64,000 nucleotides of DNA. Source: Nitrospirota bacterium (GTDB taxonomy: Bacteria > Nitrospirota > UBA9217). The notes under the pieces are model-generated. The model worked only from the letters and a program-made list of their open reading frames with translations, was not told the origin of the DNA and made no database searches. Positions within the stretch are counted from its first letter, which is position 1; every line of letters starts with the position of its first letter. The stretch lies in contig OY760142.1 in NCBI GenBank assembly GCA_963663225.1, positions 1,600,001 to 1,664,000 on the forward strand. Reading direction: 5' to 3'. This document shows, piece after piece, positions 8,593-18,810 of the stretch. The translations under genes were made by a program, and so were the position numbers.

Positions 8593-10695
8593 ATGAAAAG
8601 AAAAATCATTATCTCCATAATGACCTTTTTTATTATTTCCGCCATTGGCGCGACAATAGCCTCCCTGCACATCAAAGACTTTACAGAGACGCTGAATCGC
8701 ATTATGAATCTTCGTCAATTGGAAGACCTGCACCGGCAGTTGTTTTTCTCCATCCGGGCGGTTCAGTCCGATCTTTGCTTGCCTGCGGCCGCGGTGGGTC
8801 GCGGTCAACAACAGTCCGCTGCTGACATGGCAGCCATGGTCCAATCATCCGAAAAATGCATGACGTGCCATCATAAGCCGGAAGTCACCGCGCGGATCAG
8901 CAAAATGCAGACCCGCGTTATCGATTACCGGAACACCGTCTCTTTGTATCGTGATGCAAAAAAGAATACCGCACAGACCGAAAAAATGAAGCTTCGCGCA
9001 ACCGCCATAGGCAACGATGTTCTGGATGAGCTTGAAGCGCTGCTTGAACAGGTGAATAGTAAATTTAGTTCCATCATACAGGATGCAAGGCGCAGAATTA
9101 TTGTGGCGTGGCTGGTCCTTTTCGGAGCGATGTTCGTACTTCTTGTCCTGAGTATTATCGTGGCCGTATATCTGGTTCGAATCGTTACCCATCCCATCAA
9201 CAAGCTGGTTAATGCCACGCGAATGATCGCATCCGGTAATCTGGGATATACGATCGACCATCAGGGGAAGGATGAATTCGGCGAGCTTGCCGCTCATTTC
9301 AACAGCATGAGCCTGTCGCTGAAAGATGGTTACGCCAAACTTCAGCAGGAAATTGCCGAGCGAAGAAAATCAGAAAAACAGCATGCCTATGACGCTTTCC
9401 ACGATGCGCTGACGGGCCTCCCGAACCGGGCTCTTTTCATGGACCGGCTTGAACACGTTATCATCGCTTCACACCGCCGGCCGGGAATGCCCTATTATGC
9501 GGTGCTCTTCCTTGATATGGACCGTTTCAAAGTCATTAACGACAGCCTCGGCCACACGATCGGCGACAAAGTCCTTATTGCAGTAGGCCATAAGTTGGCA
9601 GACTGCATCCGTCCCGGTGACACGGTTGCGCGCCTCGGCGGGGATGAGTTCGCTATTTTACTGGAAAACATCACGGAACTTTCCCATGCGATTGAGGTCG
9701 CCGAACGGATCAAGAAAAAACTGTCCATTCCGATCGACATCAAGGGCCATGAAGTTTTCGCATCCGTCAGCATCGGGATCACCTTGGGTACGGACGAGTA
9801 TGAGCGGTCGGAACAGGTTCTGCGCGATGCGGACATTGCAATGTACGAGGCAAAAGGACAGGGAAAATCGTCCTATGAAATTTTTGACGCCAAAATGCAT
9901 GCCAACATTATGGACCGGATGCAGCTGGAAACGGACCTGAGGAAGGCCATCGAACTTAGTGAGTTTACGCTGTACTACCAGCCCATCATGAATTTAAAGA
10001 CGCAGCAACTGACCGGGTTTGAAGCACTGGTTCGCTGGAACCATCCCAAACGCGGCCTTATCTACCCACTGGAGTTTATTCCTTTGGCGGAGGAAAATAA
10101 TCTTATCTATCCGATCGGGGAGTGGATCCTGCGGGAAGCCTGCCGGGAACTGAAGCTGCTGCAGACGCAGCATCCTATGGTGCCTCCTCTTACCATGAGC
10201 ATCAATATCTCACGAAAGCAATTTACTAGGGAAGATCTGGCTGAAAAACTGTCCGGATATTTGGCGGAATACGGTGTCGATCCACATACACTCGCCCTGG
10301 AAATTACCGAGAGCATGATTATGCAAAATGTCGACGTTGCGGTAAAGACGATGAAACAGCTGAGGGCCATGGGCGTGCAGCTTCATATCGATGACTTTGG
10401 CACAGGGCATTCTTCCCTGAGCTACCTTCATCAGTTCCCCGTTAACGCGCTTAAAATCGACAGGAGTTTTATCAATAGGCTTTCAGCGGACGGCACGAAT
10501 AACGAAATTATCACTTCAATCATCTCCCTGGCCAAGAGTTTGAATTGCGACGTCATCGCCGAAGGAGTAGAGATGGAGCATCAATTGTCCAATATCCAGG
10601 AGTTGCGCTGCGGCTATGGCCAGGGGTTCCTATTTGCCCGCCCCATGGCACTTCCTGCCATTGAGAGTTGGATACAAAAGCAGAAACATCTTTAA
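8593..10695 (+). CDS. Membrane diguanylate cyclase/phosphodiesterase: periplasmic CxxCH domain, HAMP, GGDEF, EAL
   Basis: Two TM helices flank CMTCH; HAMP (DEFGELA); RPGD I-site plus GGDEF; FEALVRW, DDFGTG and AEGVE. Confidence 0.93.
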   Translation: MKRKIIISIMTFFIISAIGATIASLHIKDFTETLNRIMNLRQLEDLHRQLFFSIRAVQSDLCLPAAAVGRGQQQSAADMAAMVQSSEKCMTCHHKPEVTARISKMQTRVIDYRNTVSLYRDAKKNTAQTEKMKLRATAIGNDVLDELEALLEQVNSKFSSIIQDARRRIIVAWLVLFGAMFVLLVLSIIVAVYLVRIVTHPINKLVNATRMIASGNLGYTIDHQGKDEFGELAAHFNSMSLSLKDGYAKLQQEIAERRKSEKQHAYDAFHDALTGLPNRALFMDRLEHVIIASHRRPGMPYYAVLFLDMDRFKVINDSLGHTIGDKVLIAVGHKLADCIRPGDTVARLGGDEFAILLENITELSHAIEVAERIKKKLSIPIDIKGHEVFASVSIGITLGTDEYERSEQVLRDADIAMYEAKGQGKSSYEIFDAKMHANIMDRMQLETDLRKAIELSEFTLYYQPIMNLKTQQLTGFEALVRWNHPKRGLIYPLEFIPLAEENNLIYPIGEWILREACRELKLLQTQHPMVPPLTMSINISRKQFTREDLAEKLSGYLAEYGVDPHTLALEITESMIMQNVDVAVKTMKQLRAMGVQLHIDDFGTGHSSLSYLHQFPVNALKIDRSFINRLSADGTNNEIITSIISLAKSLNCDVIAEGVEMEHQLSNIQELRCGYGQGFLFARPMALPAIESWIQKQKHL

Positions 10696-10967
10696 AACAC
10701 CGATATTTTTGGTCCCACCTCGTTCCTTCCTCCAGAAAAATTCAGCATATTCAAATCAGAAAGCATTGCCGTCCTCTTCTGTACAGTATATTTTCAGCTG
10801 AATGCTATTTCAATTCTTTGGCACAGTCTGCCATAAATCGCATGAATCATCCACCGTATACTGTTTGCAGTGTCACGTGAAATTTAAAATGAAAATTGCA
10901 GGGTCAGAGGAAGCAGGTATTCTGAGCAACACGATCTGATAGCGAAACGATAATACAGCGGGCACCA

Positions 10968-11621
10968 TCAAGCGTAATCAGCCGTGCTTCTGTCCTCTGA
11001 AAGAGCAATTTCATTCAGTTTCGTGTAAACAAACAGGGTAAAATCGTTTTCCAGCCGGTCATGGCGGAGGACGACTGAAGGGGAGAGGTTTTCTATTGCA
11101 AACCTGACCATGTCCTCCGGGGAAGTATAGTTGAGTTCCGGAGCCTTGGTTGGCGTGTGCGATGACAGAGCGTTCAGCGCCAATCCTCTGCGGCACTGCC
11201 TGAATAGCTTGATCATGGTTTCCCGGAGGTCCTGCTGGACGCCGGGAACCCGCAGATTGAATACACCGCATAGAAAGATATAATCAAACAATCCTTCCAG
11301 GGGGTCCTCACCAATGCACATCACCCTGAAAATGCATTCCGGATATTTTTTTTGAGCAAGGGATACAAGGTTTTTATTGATGTCCACGCCTGTATACTGC
11401 ACCTTTATGCCGCGCTGCTTCAGGAATTTATACAAGTCTCCCTTCCCGCAGCCGTAATCAAGAATCGTTCTGTTATTCAAATCCGGTGCAATGTCAAGAA
11501 GCGCGTGAAAGCGTTTTAACTGTCCGCTAGGAGTCCAGCGGAGAGCTTCCGGCCGGTCCCCGAACTTATTCAGGTGGTGATTAAAAAAAGAAATAAGCTG
11601 TTTCTTTGCGGAGGGATCCAA
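10968..11621 (-). CDS. Class I SAM-dependent methyltransferase
   Basis: ILDYGCGKG, YTGVDI, FDYIF; AGGAG before TTG 11621 (track start 11654). Confidence 0.85.
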   Translation of the reverse strand: MDPSAKKQLISFFNHHLNKFGDRPEALRWTPSGQLKRFHALLDIAPDLNNRTILDYGCGKGDLYKFLKQRGIKVQYTGVDINKNLVSLAQKKYPECIFRVMCIGEDPLEGLFDYIFLCGVFNLRVPGVQQDLRETMIKLFRQCRRGLALNALSSHTPTKAPELNYTSPEDMVRFAIENLSPSVVLRHDRLENDFTLFVYTKLNEIALSEDRSTADYA

Positions 11622-11688
11622 TAAGCGTCTCCTAATCGCCGCCGGGAAGCACAAAGACCGTTTTCGCCGGCGGAGTCTCCGTCATTTG

Positions 11689-12417
11689 CTAGCGGCTTAA
11701 AAGCCGTTGAACTGCCCGGTCCACTTCTTTGCCGACTTTCTTCTCAATGCCTGACTGGGCCACGGCAATACCGACTTCCTCCACGAGAGTCGTCAGAACC
11801 TCTTCCGCAATCTGGGAAGGTGTTGCACCGTCTCGTCCGCCGATGTTTGTCATCTCAAAATGTTTCAGCGTGACTGACTGGGGTTTGTCTCCCAGTGCCG
11901 CAACCCGAGACTCTATGGTGCCGCTGTCCATTACCAGTTTTTTTATCAGGAGTTTTGTTTCTTTGCCGGCAGGCTTCTTTTCTTCGACCGTTTTCTTTTT
12001 TGAAGCTGCTCCGGCTTCCTGAATGTTTTTCTTCAGGACCAGAATATTTGAAGCAAGCGCCTGGTTCATCTCATAAACGACCTGCGGGGATGCAATGCGG
12101 ATTTCCTCGATCACCAGGGGAGATGAAGTGACAGAGCGAGCGTCAATTTCCATGCTGATTTTGCCGAGCCGGAAAACATGGGGAGAGGAAAAACCCTGAG
12201 GATTCGCCACGGTCAGGCCGTTGAGCGCTCCTTTTTCTTCTGCCAACCGTATTGATACTGATGCTACGCGGACTTGTGTTTTTGCGGCTTCAGATCCGTA
12301 TTTTTCGATCGCCTCTTTTACCAGGGAATCAAGATTAGTCAAAACATAAGTAATTCCTGCGATTACAACAATCAGCAGCACAGCGACGACAATCAGCACT
12401 TTCCAGCGGGTTTTCAT
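11689..12417 (-). CDS. AsmA/DUF748-like membrane-anchored protein
   Basis: N-terminal TM anchor, VANPQGFS and beta-rich region; AAGGAGG RBS before ATG 12417. Confidence 0.65.
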   Translation of the reverse strand: MKTRWKVLIVVAVLLIVVIAGITYVLTNLDSLVKEAIEKYGSEAAKTQVRVASVSIRLAEEKGALNGLTVANPQGFSSPHVFRLGKISMEIDARSVTSSPLVIEEIRIASPQVVYEMNQALASNILVLKKNIQEAGAASKKKTVEEKKPAGKETKLLIKKLVMDSGTIESRVAALGDKPQSVTLKHFEMTNIGGRDGATPSQIAEEVLTTLVEEVGIAVAQSGIEKKVGKEVDRAVQRLLSR

Positions 12418-12737
12418 GGCAATAGCCTCCTTGCGGGACATTTTAATGATAGAAGAGTTTGCTGCAATTTGCAAGAGGTAAGAGGAGAATTTGAAAAAAT
12501 ATGATGGGCTGGATATGCTGATACTATGAAAAGCAACCTGTGAGCTCGATGGAGTGACAGAAAAATATTTCGAGGGGAAACAGCCTGCTGATGCCGACGC
12601 GCAGGCGAATGACAAAAAGTGCGGTGATGCCTCCGGGAGTTGATTGAAGAGCTTGCAGGGCTTGCCGGAGATTCTGACTGAAACAGGTGCTGTCTGACAA
12701 TGTCGTCAAGGTTGAGGCCGATCAGCCCCTGCCGCCT

Positions 12738-13703
12738 TTATTTCCGTCCCAGGTTCAGCCTCCAGAGCATGTAGTGTTCCTGGGCGGCGTTTATCTCTTT
12801 ATTGTCCGGGGCAGGCGGGGAAAACGCAGCTTCATCTTCCGGCGTATGACCGGGGAGCGCTTCCGTCAGTAAGTGCAGCGGCTCATCCTCCGATGCATCT
12901 CCGTTCGCGGCATCATCTGATTCATCGGGTGTTGTCTCCGCATCGCTTTGCAAAAAGCCGTGTATCTCCTGCCGTGCAGGCAACAGGGCTGCTTCATTTT
13001 CCAGGCCGGAAGAGTGAGATTCTGTCGCCGTAAGGTTTTGAATAGCGCTCCGTTCGTGCGCCGACTGGTCTGGCTTGGCTGAGCCGTCCGCTTTGTGCGG
13101 CAGTATATAAACAGTCAGCAGCAGATGCTCAACGATCTGGAGAACGATTTCGATGTCCTTTTTCCCCAGACCTACAATTTTTTGCGACGCGTCGTTTCCC
13201 ATGAATCGAATGCTTCCCAGCCGCATCGCATTTTTTTTGGATATATGCCCTTCCGCTGCGAGTTTGTTGATTTTTTGCTCAAGGTTTCTGCCCCTGATGT
13301 CCAGATCGCAGCACACCGCTTCTACACAAGCACGCAGACCCATGCTGGCCAATATGGATGCTTCCTCCTGCAGCGAGTGTATCACTTCATTATATACGTT
13401 CGCGACCATCGGCGGAAAATAATGGGTGTCATTGATCTTTTTATGGTTTTTGATGAACTTGGGATAACACCGTACCGTTTCGGGAACGCGGCATTTCTTG
13501 CCGGTTTCATCAACATACGTGGTTTCTAAATCGACGCAGACTTCACGAAAGGAGATATAATTGCAGCCCGCACATTGGACAATCTGATAGATCAAGTCAC
13601 GCGCATATTCGTCGCGCTCGGATTCCACATGCTGGGTAAGGATTCTGTGATTCGTCGGTCGTGAGCAGATTATGCAATAACTTTTTACGGTAGTATCAGA
13701 CAT
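12738..13703 (-). CDS. DUF4145 (HEPN-like) domain protein with Zn ribbon and acidic tail
   Basis: CIIC...CAGC; LRACVE...LEQKINKL...IRFMGNDAS pattern. Confidence 0.7.
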   Translation of the reverse strand: MSDTTVKSYCIICSRPTNHRILTQHVESERDEYARDLIYQIVQCAGCNYISFREVCVDLETTYVDETGKKCRVPETVRCYPKFIKNHKKINDTHYFPPMVANVYNEVIHSLQEEASILASMGLRACVEAVCCDLDIRGRNLEQKINKLAAEGHISKKNAMRLGSIRFMGNDASQKIVGLGKKDIEIVLQIVEHLLLTVYILPHKADGSAKPDQSAHERSAIQNLTATESHSSGLENEAALLPARQEIHGFLQSDAETTPDESDDAANGDASEDEPLHLLTEALPGHTPEDEAAFSPPAPDNKEINAAQEHYMLWRLNLGRK

Positions 13704-13894
13704 GCAGTCTCCGCCAATTGATTGTTCTTATGTGTAAACTTATCATATCTTACAACGCAATGCAAGAACGTTGTAATCCGGCTGCAAAAGGAAGCGGAAC
13801 AAGGAATGATCGGTGAAGTGTCAGAAAAAGGGCTTCGGAAAGAGGGAACCGCAACACCAGAAACACGTCTGAACAAAAACCGGGGTCTATAAAC

Positions 13895-13944
13895 AAATAA
13901 CCGGATCAGTCCAACATATTGTCGGTCTGATCCGGCTATTTTTA
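13895..13944. terminator. Long hairpin, probable bidirectional terminator
   Basis: CCGGATCAG.CCAACA-tat-TGTCGG.CTGATCCGG flanked by A- and T-rich tracts. Confidence 0.6.
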
Positions 13945-14053
13945 TTTGACGACAGGTCTTGTTCCCGGCATTTTAACCTGCATCATTGCAATCCATCTTA
14001 TATCGTATTGCTGAGGAACGGCATAATATTATGAAGGGATTGTAGTTGTTTAA

Positions 14054-14143
14054 TTAAAAAAGACGTTTGCCGCTTCTCAGTTTGCTGATACCTGCCGTGA
14101 TTACCAGCAAAGAGACAAAACCCAAAAGAATATACCCGACCAT
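14054..14143 (-). CDS. 29-aa single-pass membrane peptide (MVGYILLGFVSLLVITAGISKLRSGKRLF), not in the ORF track
   Basis: AGGAGG RBS upstream of ATG, hydrophobic core and basic tail, TAA at 14054. Confidence 0.55.
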   Translation of the reverse strand: MVGYILLGFVSLLVITAGISKLRSGKRLF

Positions 14144-14456
14144 CCTACTACCTCCTAAAGTTTAAAGTCCTTCGACTATTAAATTACCTTGTATCTATGG
14201 CAACTCCGTCCGGTTCTTCTCGGAAGAACGGACAGTGAACATTCAACGTTTCTGTGCGCCATGATTCAGCTGGCAACGTCGGGATTCTGATGACTGCCAC
14301 ATCGGCAGAGAGAATTATTTTTTAATACGGTCTTCTGGGAGGCATCTCTCTTTATGCATTCACTGGACACATGAAACGCCAAGGATTGTCGGTCGGCCTT
14401 GGCCTCCAGCGAGGTATTATGCAGCCGATAAAAACAAAGCAAAACATTATTATATT

Positions 14457-14473
14457 TGCTTAAACTATGCCAA
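14457..14473 (-). promoter_or_regulatory. Candidate sigma54 -24/-12 promoter
   Basis: TTGGCATAGTTTAAGCA = GG-N10-GC, imperfect -12 (AAGC); divergent from a sigma54 activator gene. Confidence 0.5.
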
Positions 14474-14617
14474 AAATATTATTGCACGACATCAATGTGT
14501 TAGATTGATACTGAAGTTTAAGCTGTTATATATGGAAGATTTTTCTTCCATATATAACAGAAAAGAGTTAAACTGTTACATTCGACAGTTTTCTGCCGAT
14601 AACGAAAAAGGTGAAAT

Positions 14618-16180
14618 ATGATCATTAATGAAATAGAATTTTCCCGTGAAGTGACGCTTCATATCTGCAGCAGTCTGGAGATAGAGAAATCGCTTTGGCA
14701 GTGTTTTCTGTATGTTAAAAAAGTTATGCCGGTCGATGAGCTGATTCTTGTTGCTTATGAGAGAAACAGCGGCATGTTTGAGGTCATTGCCACGGCCGAT
14801 GTCAACGGTGGCGTGGTCCAATCGCTCAAAGTGGGGATGTCGCTGGAAGCCAGGAAAAACATCGAGAACGCCGCAAATCTTTCCCCGGTAAGAATTGTGA
14901 ATGAGATGCTGGACGATCCTATCGTGAAGCGGTTCGCAAAAGCACTGAACTGGCCGCCATCTTCCGTTATTGTCAACCGGCTCATTCTCGGCGGGAAGAT
15001 GACGGGAGCCCTGCACGTAAGAAGAGAAGGAAAAGAGAAATACACGAAAGATCATTCTCGGCTCTGGTCGTTAATCAACAAACCACTTGCGATCGCGCTG
15101 GCGAACAGTCAAAGTCATAGGGAAGTGGTGGAGCACAGGGAACTTCTCGCGGACCACAATGCATACTTGCAGGAGGAACTTCAGCTGAGCACCTTTGGCC
15201 CCGTTATCGGAGAAGACCACGGGTTGAAGGAAGTCATGAAGCAGGTGAAGCGTGTGGCGCCGCTGGCGTCCTCAGTCGTGCTCGTCGGCGAAACGGGCGC
15301 AGGCAAGGAGGTCATTGCGAACATCATGCACCAGCTGTCTCCCCGCAGCAAGGGCCCCTTTGTCAAAGTCAACTGCGGCGCCATTCCTGATTCTCTCATC
15401 GACAGCGAACTCTTTGGACATGAAAAAGGAGCCTTTACCGGGGCATTTGTCCAGCGGCGCGGCCGCTTCGAAAAAGCAAACCGAGGGACCATTTTCTTGG
15501 ATGAAATAGGAGAACTTCCCCTACAGGCACAAGCAAGGCTGCTGCGGGTTCTGCAGGAGAAAACAATCGAGCGGGTCGGCAGTTCCGATGCCATCAAGAT
15601 CGATGTCCGGCTGATAACCGCGACCAACAGAAATCTTGAAAAAATGGTGGAAGCCGGCACATTCAGGAAGGACCTGTATTTCAGAATCAAGGTCTTTACC
15701 ATTGCGATTCCTCCTCTTCGTGAGAGACGGGTGGACATTCCTCTTTTGGTCAGGCACTTTATGAACAAAAAGCAGCAGGAAATGAAGCTGCCCTGGATAC
15801 CGGTCGTGGCACCCAACGTCATGGACAGGCTGCTTCAGTATTCATGGCCCGGAAACGTCAGAGAGCTGCAAAATACGGTTGAACGGGCGCTTATCCTTTC
15901 GGGCGGAAACCCGCTTGCCTTTGAAGATATTCCACCTTCCGGATCGAGGCTTCAGCAGCAGGCGGGAAAAGCTGAAGAAGGGGCAATATTAACGCTGAAG
16001 GATATGGAGTCGAAGCATATCAGAATGGTCCTTGAAAAAATCGGCGGCAGAATCGAGGGAAAGAACGGTGCGGCCGCTTTACTCGGTTTAAATCCATCCA
16101 CGCTGCGCCACAGAATGAAAAAGCTCGGAATACCTTACGGCAGAGTGCACAACAGCACCAGAGAGCGTCGGTCGGAATAA
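14618..16180 (+). CDS. Sigma54-dependent activator (GAF-like, AAA+, HTH; FhlA/NifA type)
   Basis: GETGAGKE, ELFGHEKGAFTGA, FLDEIG, WPGNVRELQN, C-terminal GAAALLGLNPSTL. Confidence 0.93.
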   Translation: MIINEIEFSREVTLHICSSLEIEKSLWQCFLYVKKVMPVDELILVAYERNSGMFEVIATADVNGGVVQSLKVGMSLEARKNIENAANLSPVRIVNEMLDDPIVKRFAKALNWPPSSVIVNRLILGGKMTGALHVRREGKEKYTKDHSRLWSLINKPLAIALANSQSHREVVEHRELLADHNAYLQEELQLSTFGPVIGEDHGLKEVMKQVKRVAPLASSVVLVGETGAGKEVIANIMHQLSPRSKGPFVKVNCGAIPDSLIDSELFGHEKGAFTGAFVQRRGRFEKANRGTIFLDEIGELPLQAQARLLRVLQEKTIERVGSSDAIKIDVRLITATNRNLEKMVEAGTFRKDLYFRIKVFTIAIPPLRERRVDIPLLVRHFMNKKQQEMKLPWIPVVAPNVMDRLLQYSWPGNVRELQNTVERALILSGGNPLAFEDIPPSGSRLQQQAGKAEEGAILTLKDMESKHIRMVLEKIGGRIEGKNGAAALLGLNPSTLRHRMKKLGIPYGRVHNSTRERRSE

Positions 16181-16293
16181 GAATGCCCTGTCGTGAGCAA
16201 CGCATCAGGGTGTATTGCATACCTCTTTGCCGGGCAGTTATAAATTTTCAAACACCAGGCTGCACCGATGACTCCTTGCGGACAACTAAAAGA

Positions 16294-17292
16294 ATGCAGA
16301 TAGCACCACAAAAAATCAGAATTCGTACGCTTCAAATCAATCCTCCACTTTTTCTGGCACCCATGGCGGGGCTCACCCACAGCGCGCTCAGACAGACCAT
16401 CCTCGGTTTTGGAGGAATCGGGCTCCTCTCTACGGAAATGCTGTCGTCGAAAAGGCTGCCGACGGAAAATCCCAGGCTATCACCCTATCTTGTCAGGACA
16501 AAAAAAGAAAAACCGCTTTCCTATCAGATCCTGACTTCCCGTGCCGAAGAAGTGGTTCGGGCTATTGAAGTGCTGCACAAGCTGGAGGCAGACGTGATCG
16601 ATATAAACATGGGATGCCCGGCACCCTCCGTTCGCAAGATGAGAGCAGGCATCGAGCTGATGGCACAGCCTGAGGAAGTCCGGCGCATTGTGGCGACGGC
16701 AAGGAAATGCACCGATCTTCCGCTTACGGCAAAGATCCGGCTTGGCATCGAACTCGACGAGCAGAAACTCAAAGACTTCTGCAGCATGCTTGAAGACGAA
16801 GGCATTGATCTGATCTCCATCCATGCACGCACTAAAATAGAATCATTTGCCCGAAGGCCTCGCTGGGAAAACATCAGTGCCGTAAAAAAACGGCTCAGGA
16901 TTCCTGTTGTCGTAAACGGCGGCATTTTTTCCGTCCAGGACGCAGAGCACTGTCTGCGGGTGTCCGGCGCCGACGGCCTGATGCTGGGACGCGGCGCGGC
17001 AATCAAACCCTGGCTCTTTGCCGAAATCGCGCGCAGTGTGTATGGGCGCGACATTCCGTCTCCGGTTGTGTCCTTGCCCGTGGTGTACCGCAATTTTATC
17101 GGTCTGCTGGACGAATACTTCAGGCCGGAGCACAGGCTCGGCAGGCTCAAAGAATTTACCCGTTATTTTGCCAATAATACCGTATTTGGGCACCACCTGA
17201 CGTCCGCAGTGCAGAGCAGCAACAGTGTTGATGAGGCAAAAGAACGTGCCGATACTTTTTTCGAAAATGCTCACAACCTGGTCCTTCGATAG
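16294..17292 (+). CDS. tRNA-dihydrouridine synthase family flavoprotein
   Basis: LAPMAG, DINMGCP, KIRLG, IHART, NGGIFS, MLGRGA; start uncertain. Confidence 0.9.
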   Translation: MQIAPQKIRIRTLQINPPLFLAPMAGLTHSALRQTILGFGGIGLLSTEMLSSKRLPTENPRLSPYLVRTKKEKPLSYQILTSRAEEVVRAIEVLHKLEADVIDINMGCPAPSVRKMRAGIELMAQPEEVRRIVATARKCTDLPLTAKIRLGIELDEQKLKDFCSMLEDEGIDLISIHARTKIESFARRPRWENISAVKKRLRIPVVVNGGIFSVQDAEHCLRVSGADGLMLGRGAAIKPWLFAEIARSVYGRDIPSPVVSLPVVYRNFIGLLDEYFRPEHRLGRLKEFTRYFANNTVFGHHLTSAVQSSNSVDEAKERADTFFENAHNLVLR

Positions 17293-17530
17293 TCCTCCCC
17301 TCTGTATCACACAATAACGTCAATAATCTGACCGCAACACTGCATTTTTGTACAAACGACGAACGCAGTTGACAAAAAAACTTGTACTAACCATCGGATT
17401 TTTAAGAAAAAAATACAAATGTTCTTTGGCTGGTTACAGTAATGTTATGGTATCCATATTGCAATACTATTACTGCAACAAGCATACGTACAACTTTTTG
17501 ACGCCCGCAGATTGTTTTTGTGGAGATGAC

Positions 17531-18436
17531 GTGAAACGGTCTTTTTTATTTGCAGTCTTTATAATGTGCGTTTTCCAGGTAACAGCGCCTCCGGCATTTT
17601 CACTTTCCGAGAAAAGCGTTCCCGCAAAATCATGCATCCTGATAGATGAACATGGCTCCGTCCTGTATGAAAAAAACTCATCAGCAAAACTTCCGCCGGC
17701 CAGCACGACAAAACTCATGACTGCCATGGTGGCGCTTGATAATCTTGACAAGTCGGCGATTGTACGGGTGGGCAGAAGAGCATCAACGATCAGTCGGGTC
17801 AAACCCAAACTTCTGCCGGGCGATGAGCTGTCGGTTACCGATCTTCTTCATCTGGCGCTTATCAAGTCGGTAAATTCCGCTGCAGTGGCTCTGGCGGAAG
17901 CCGCCGCTGGGTCCGAGTCGCGGTTTGCCGAGATAATGAACCGGAAAGCAAAAGAGATCGGGGCGCGAAACACGCATTTCGTAAATGCCTCCGGCCTGCC
18001 GGAAGGACGGCAATACACGACGGTACGCGATCTGACTATTATCATGAAAAAAGCACTTACCTATCCGCTGATCAAAGAGATTATCGGCAAAAAAAAATAT
18101 TCCGCCAGAACGGCATCTGGCAGACAATTATATGTTGAAAATACGGACAATATGCTGTGGCTCCGGAGTGATGTCATCGGAGGAAAAACAGGGTTCACCA
18201 GAAGCGCCCAGCATTGCTTCGTGGGAGCGATAGACACCGACCAGGGCTTGATTTTTACGGCAGTTCTCGGCGCTCCATCGAGAAGCCGCTTATGGAAAAG
18301 CACCGCCATGCTCGCAGATTTCGGGACGAATCCGCCGCCGGTGAAAACAATGAAAAATTCACCAAAGGAATCAACGGGCAAGAAACCGCGGCTTACATAT
18401 ATGAGAGCCGCGCTTGTGGAACTTACCCGCGAATAG
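17531..18436 (+). CDS. D-alanyl-D-alanine carboxypeptidase (peptidase S11)
   Basis: Signal peptide; PASTTK (SxxK), SVN and KTG motifs; GGAG before GTG 17531. Confidence 0.9.
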   Translation: MKRSFLFAVFIMCVFQVTAPPAFSLSEKSVPAKSCILIDEHGSVLYEKNSSAKLPPASTTKLMTAMVALDNLDKSAIVRVGRRASTISRVKPKLLPGDELSVTDLLHLALIKSVNSAAVALAEAAAGSESRFAEIMNRKAKEIGARNTHFVNASGLPEGRQYTTVRDLTIIMKKALTYPLIKEIIGKKKYSARTASGRQLYVENTDNMLWLRSDVIGGKTGFTRSAQHCFVGAIDTDQGLIFTAVLGAPSRSRLWKSTAMLADFGTNPPPVKTMKNSPKESTGKKPRLTYMRAALVELTRE

Positions 18437-18491
18437 TAATTATTTAACCTGCACAAGCATGGTGCCTGGAGTATAAAAAGGTAATGAACGA

Positions 18492-18800
18492 ATGAAAAAG
18501 AAGATTTCAGCTGTTCGATGGACATTGTATGTTGCGATAGGGGTTATAGCATGTCTGGGGTTGTATACACTGTACGATATGCGGCAGGCAAAGCATATGG
18601 CGGCCGCTGCATGCAGCCGCGCGGTAGCGGGACTGTCTTTAAATGATTATTTGAAAAACTTTTCCACAGGCGAATTTGCCGTAATAAGAAGTTCGGATTC
18701 CATACTGTTGGTGCCGAAGAAAGGCATGGGGCGTAATTCCTGCACGGTTACGCACGATGGACAAAAAATACTCAGTTCAAAAATAAGTTTTGCCGACTAA
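18492..18800 (+). CDS. Hypothetical membrane-anchored protein
   Basis: N-terminal TM helix, two Cys in the soluble part; in line with neighbouring genes. Confidence 0.6.
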   Translation: MKKKISAVRWTLYVAIGVIACLGLYTLYDMRQAKHMAAAACSRAVAGLSLNDYLKNFSTGEFAVIRSSDSILLVPKKGMGRNSCTVTHDGQKILSSKISFAD

Positions 18801-18810
18801 GGAGGCAGGA

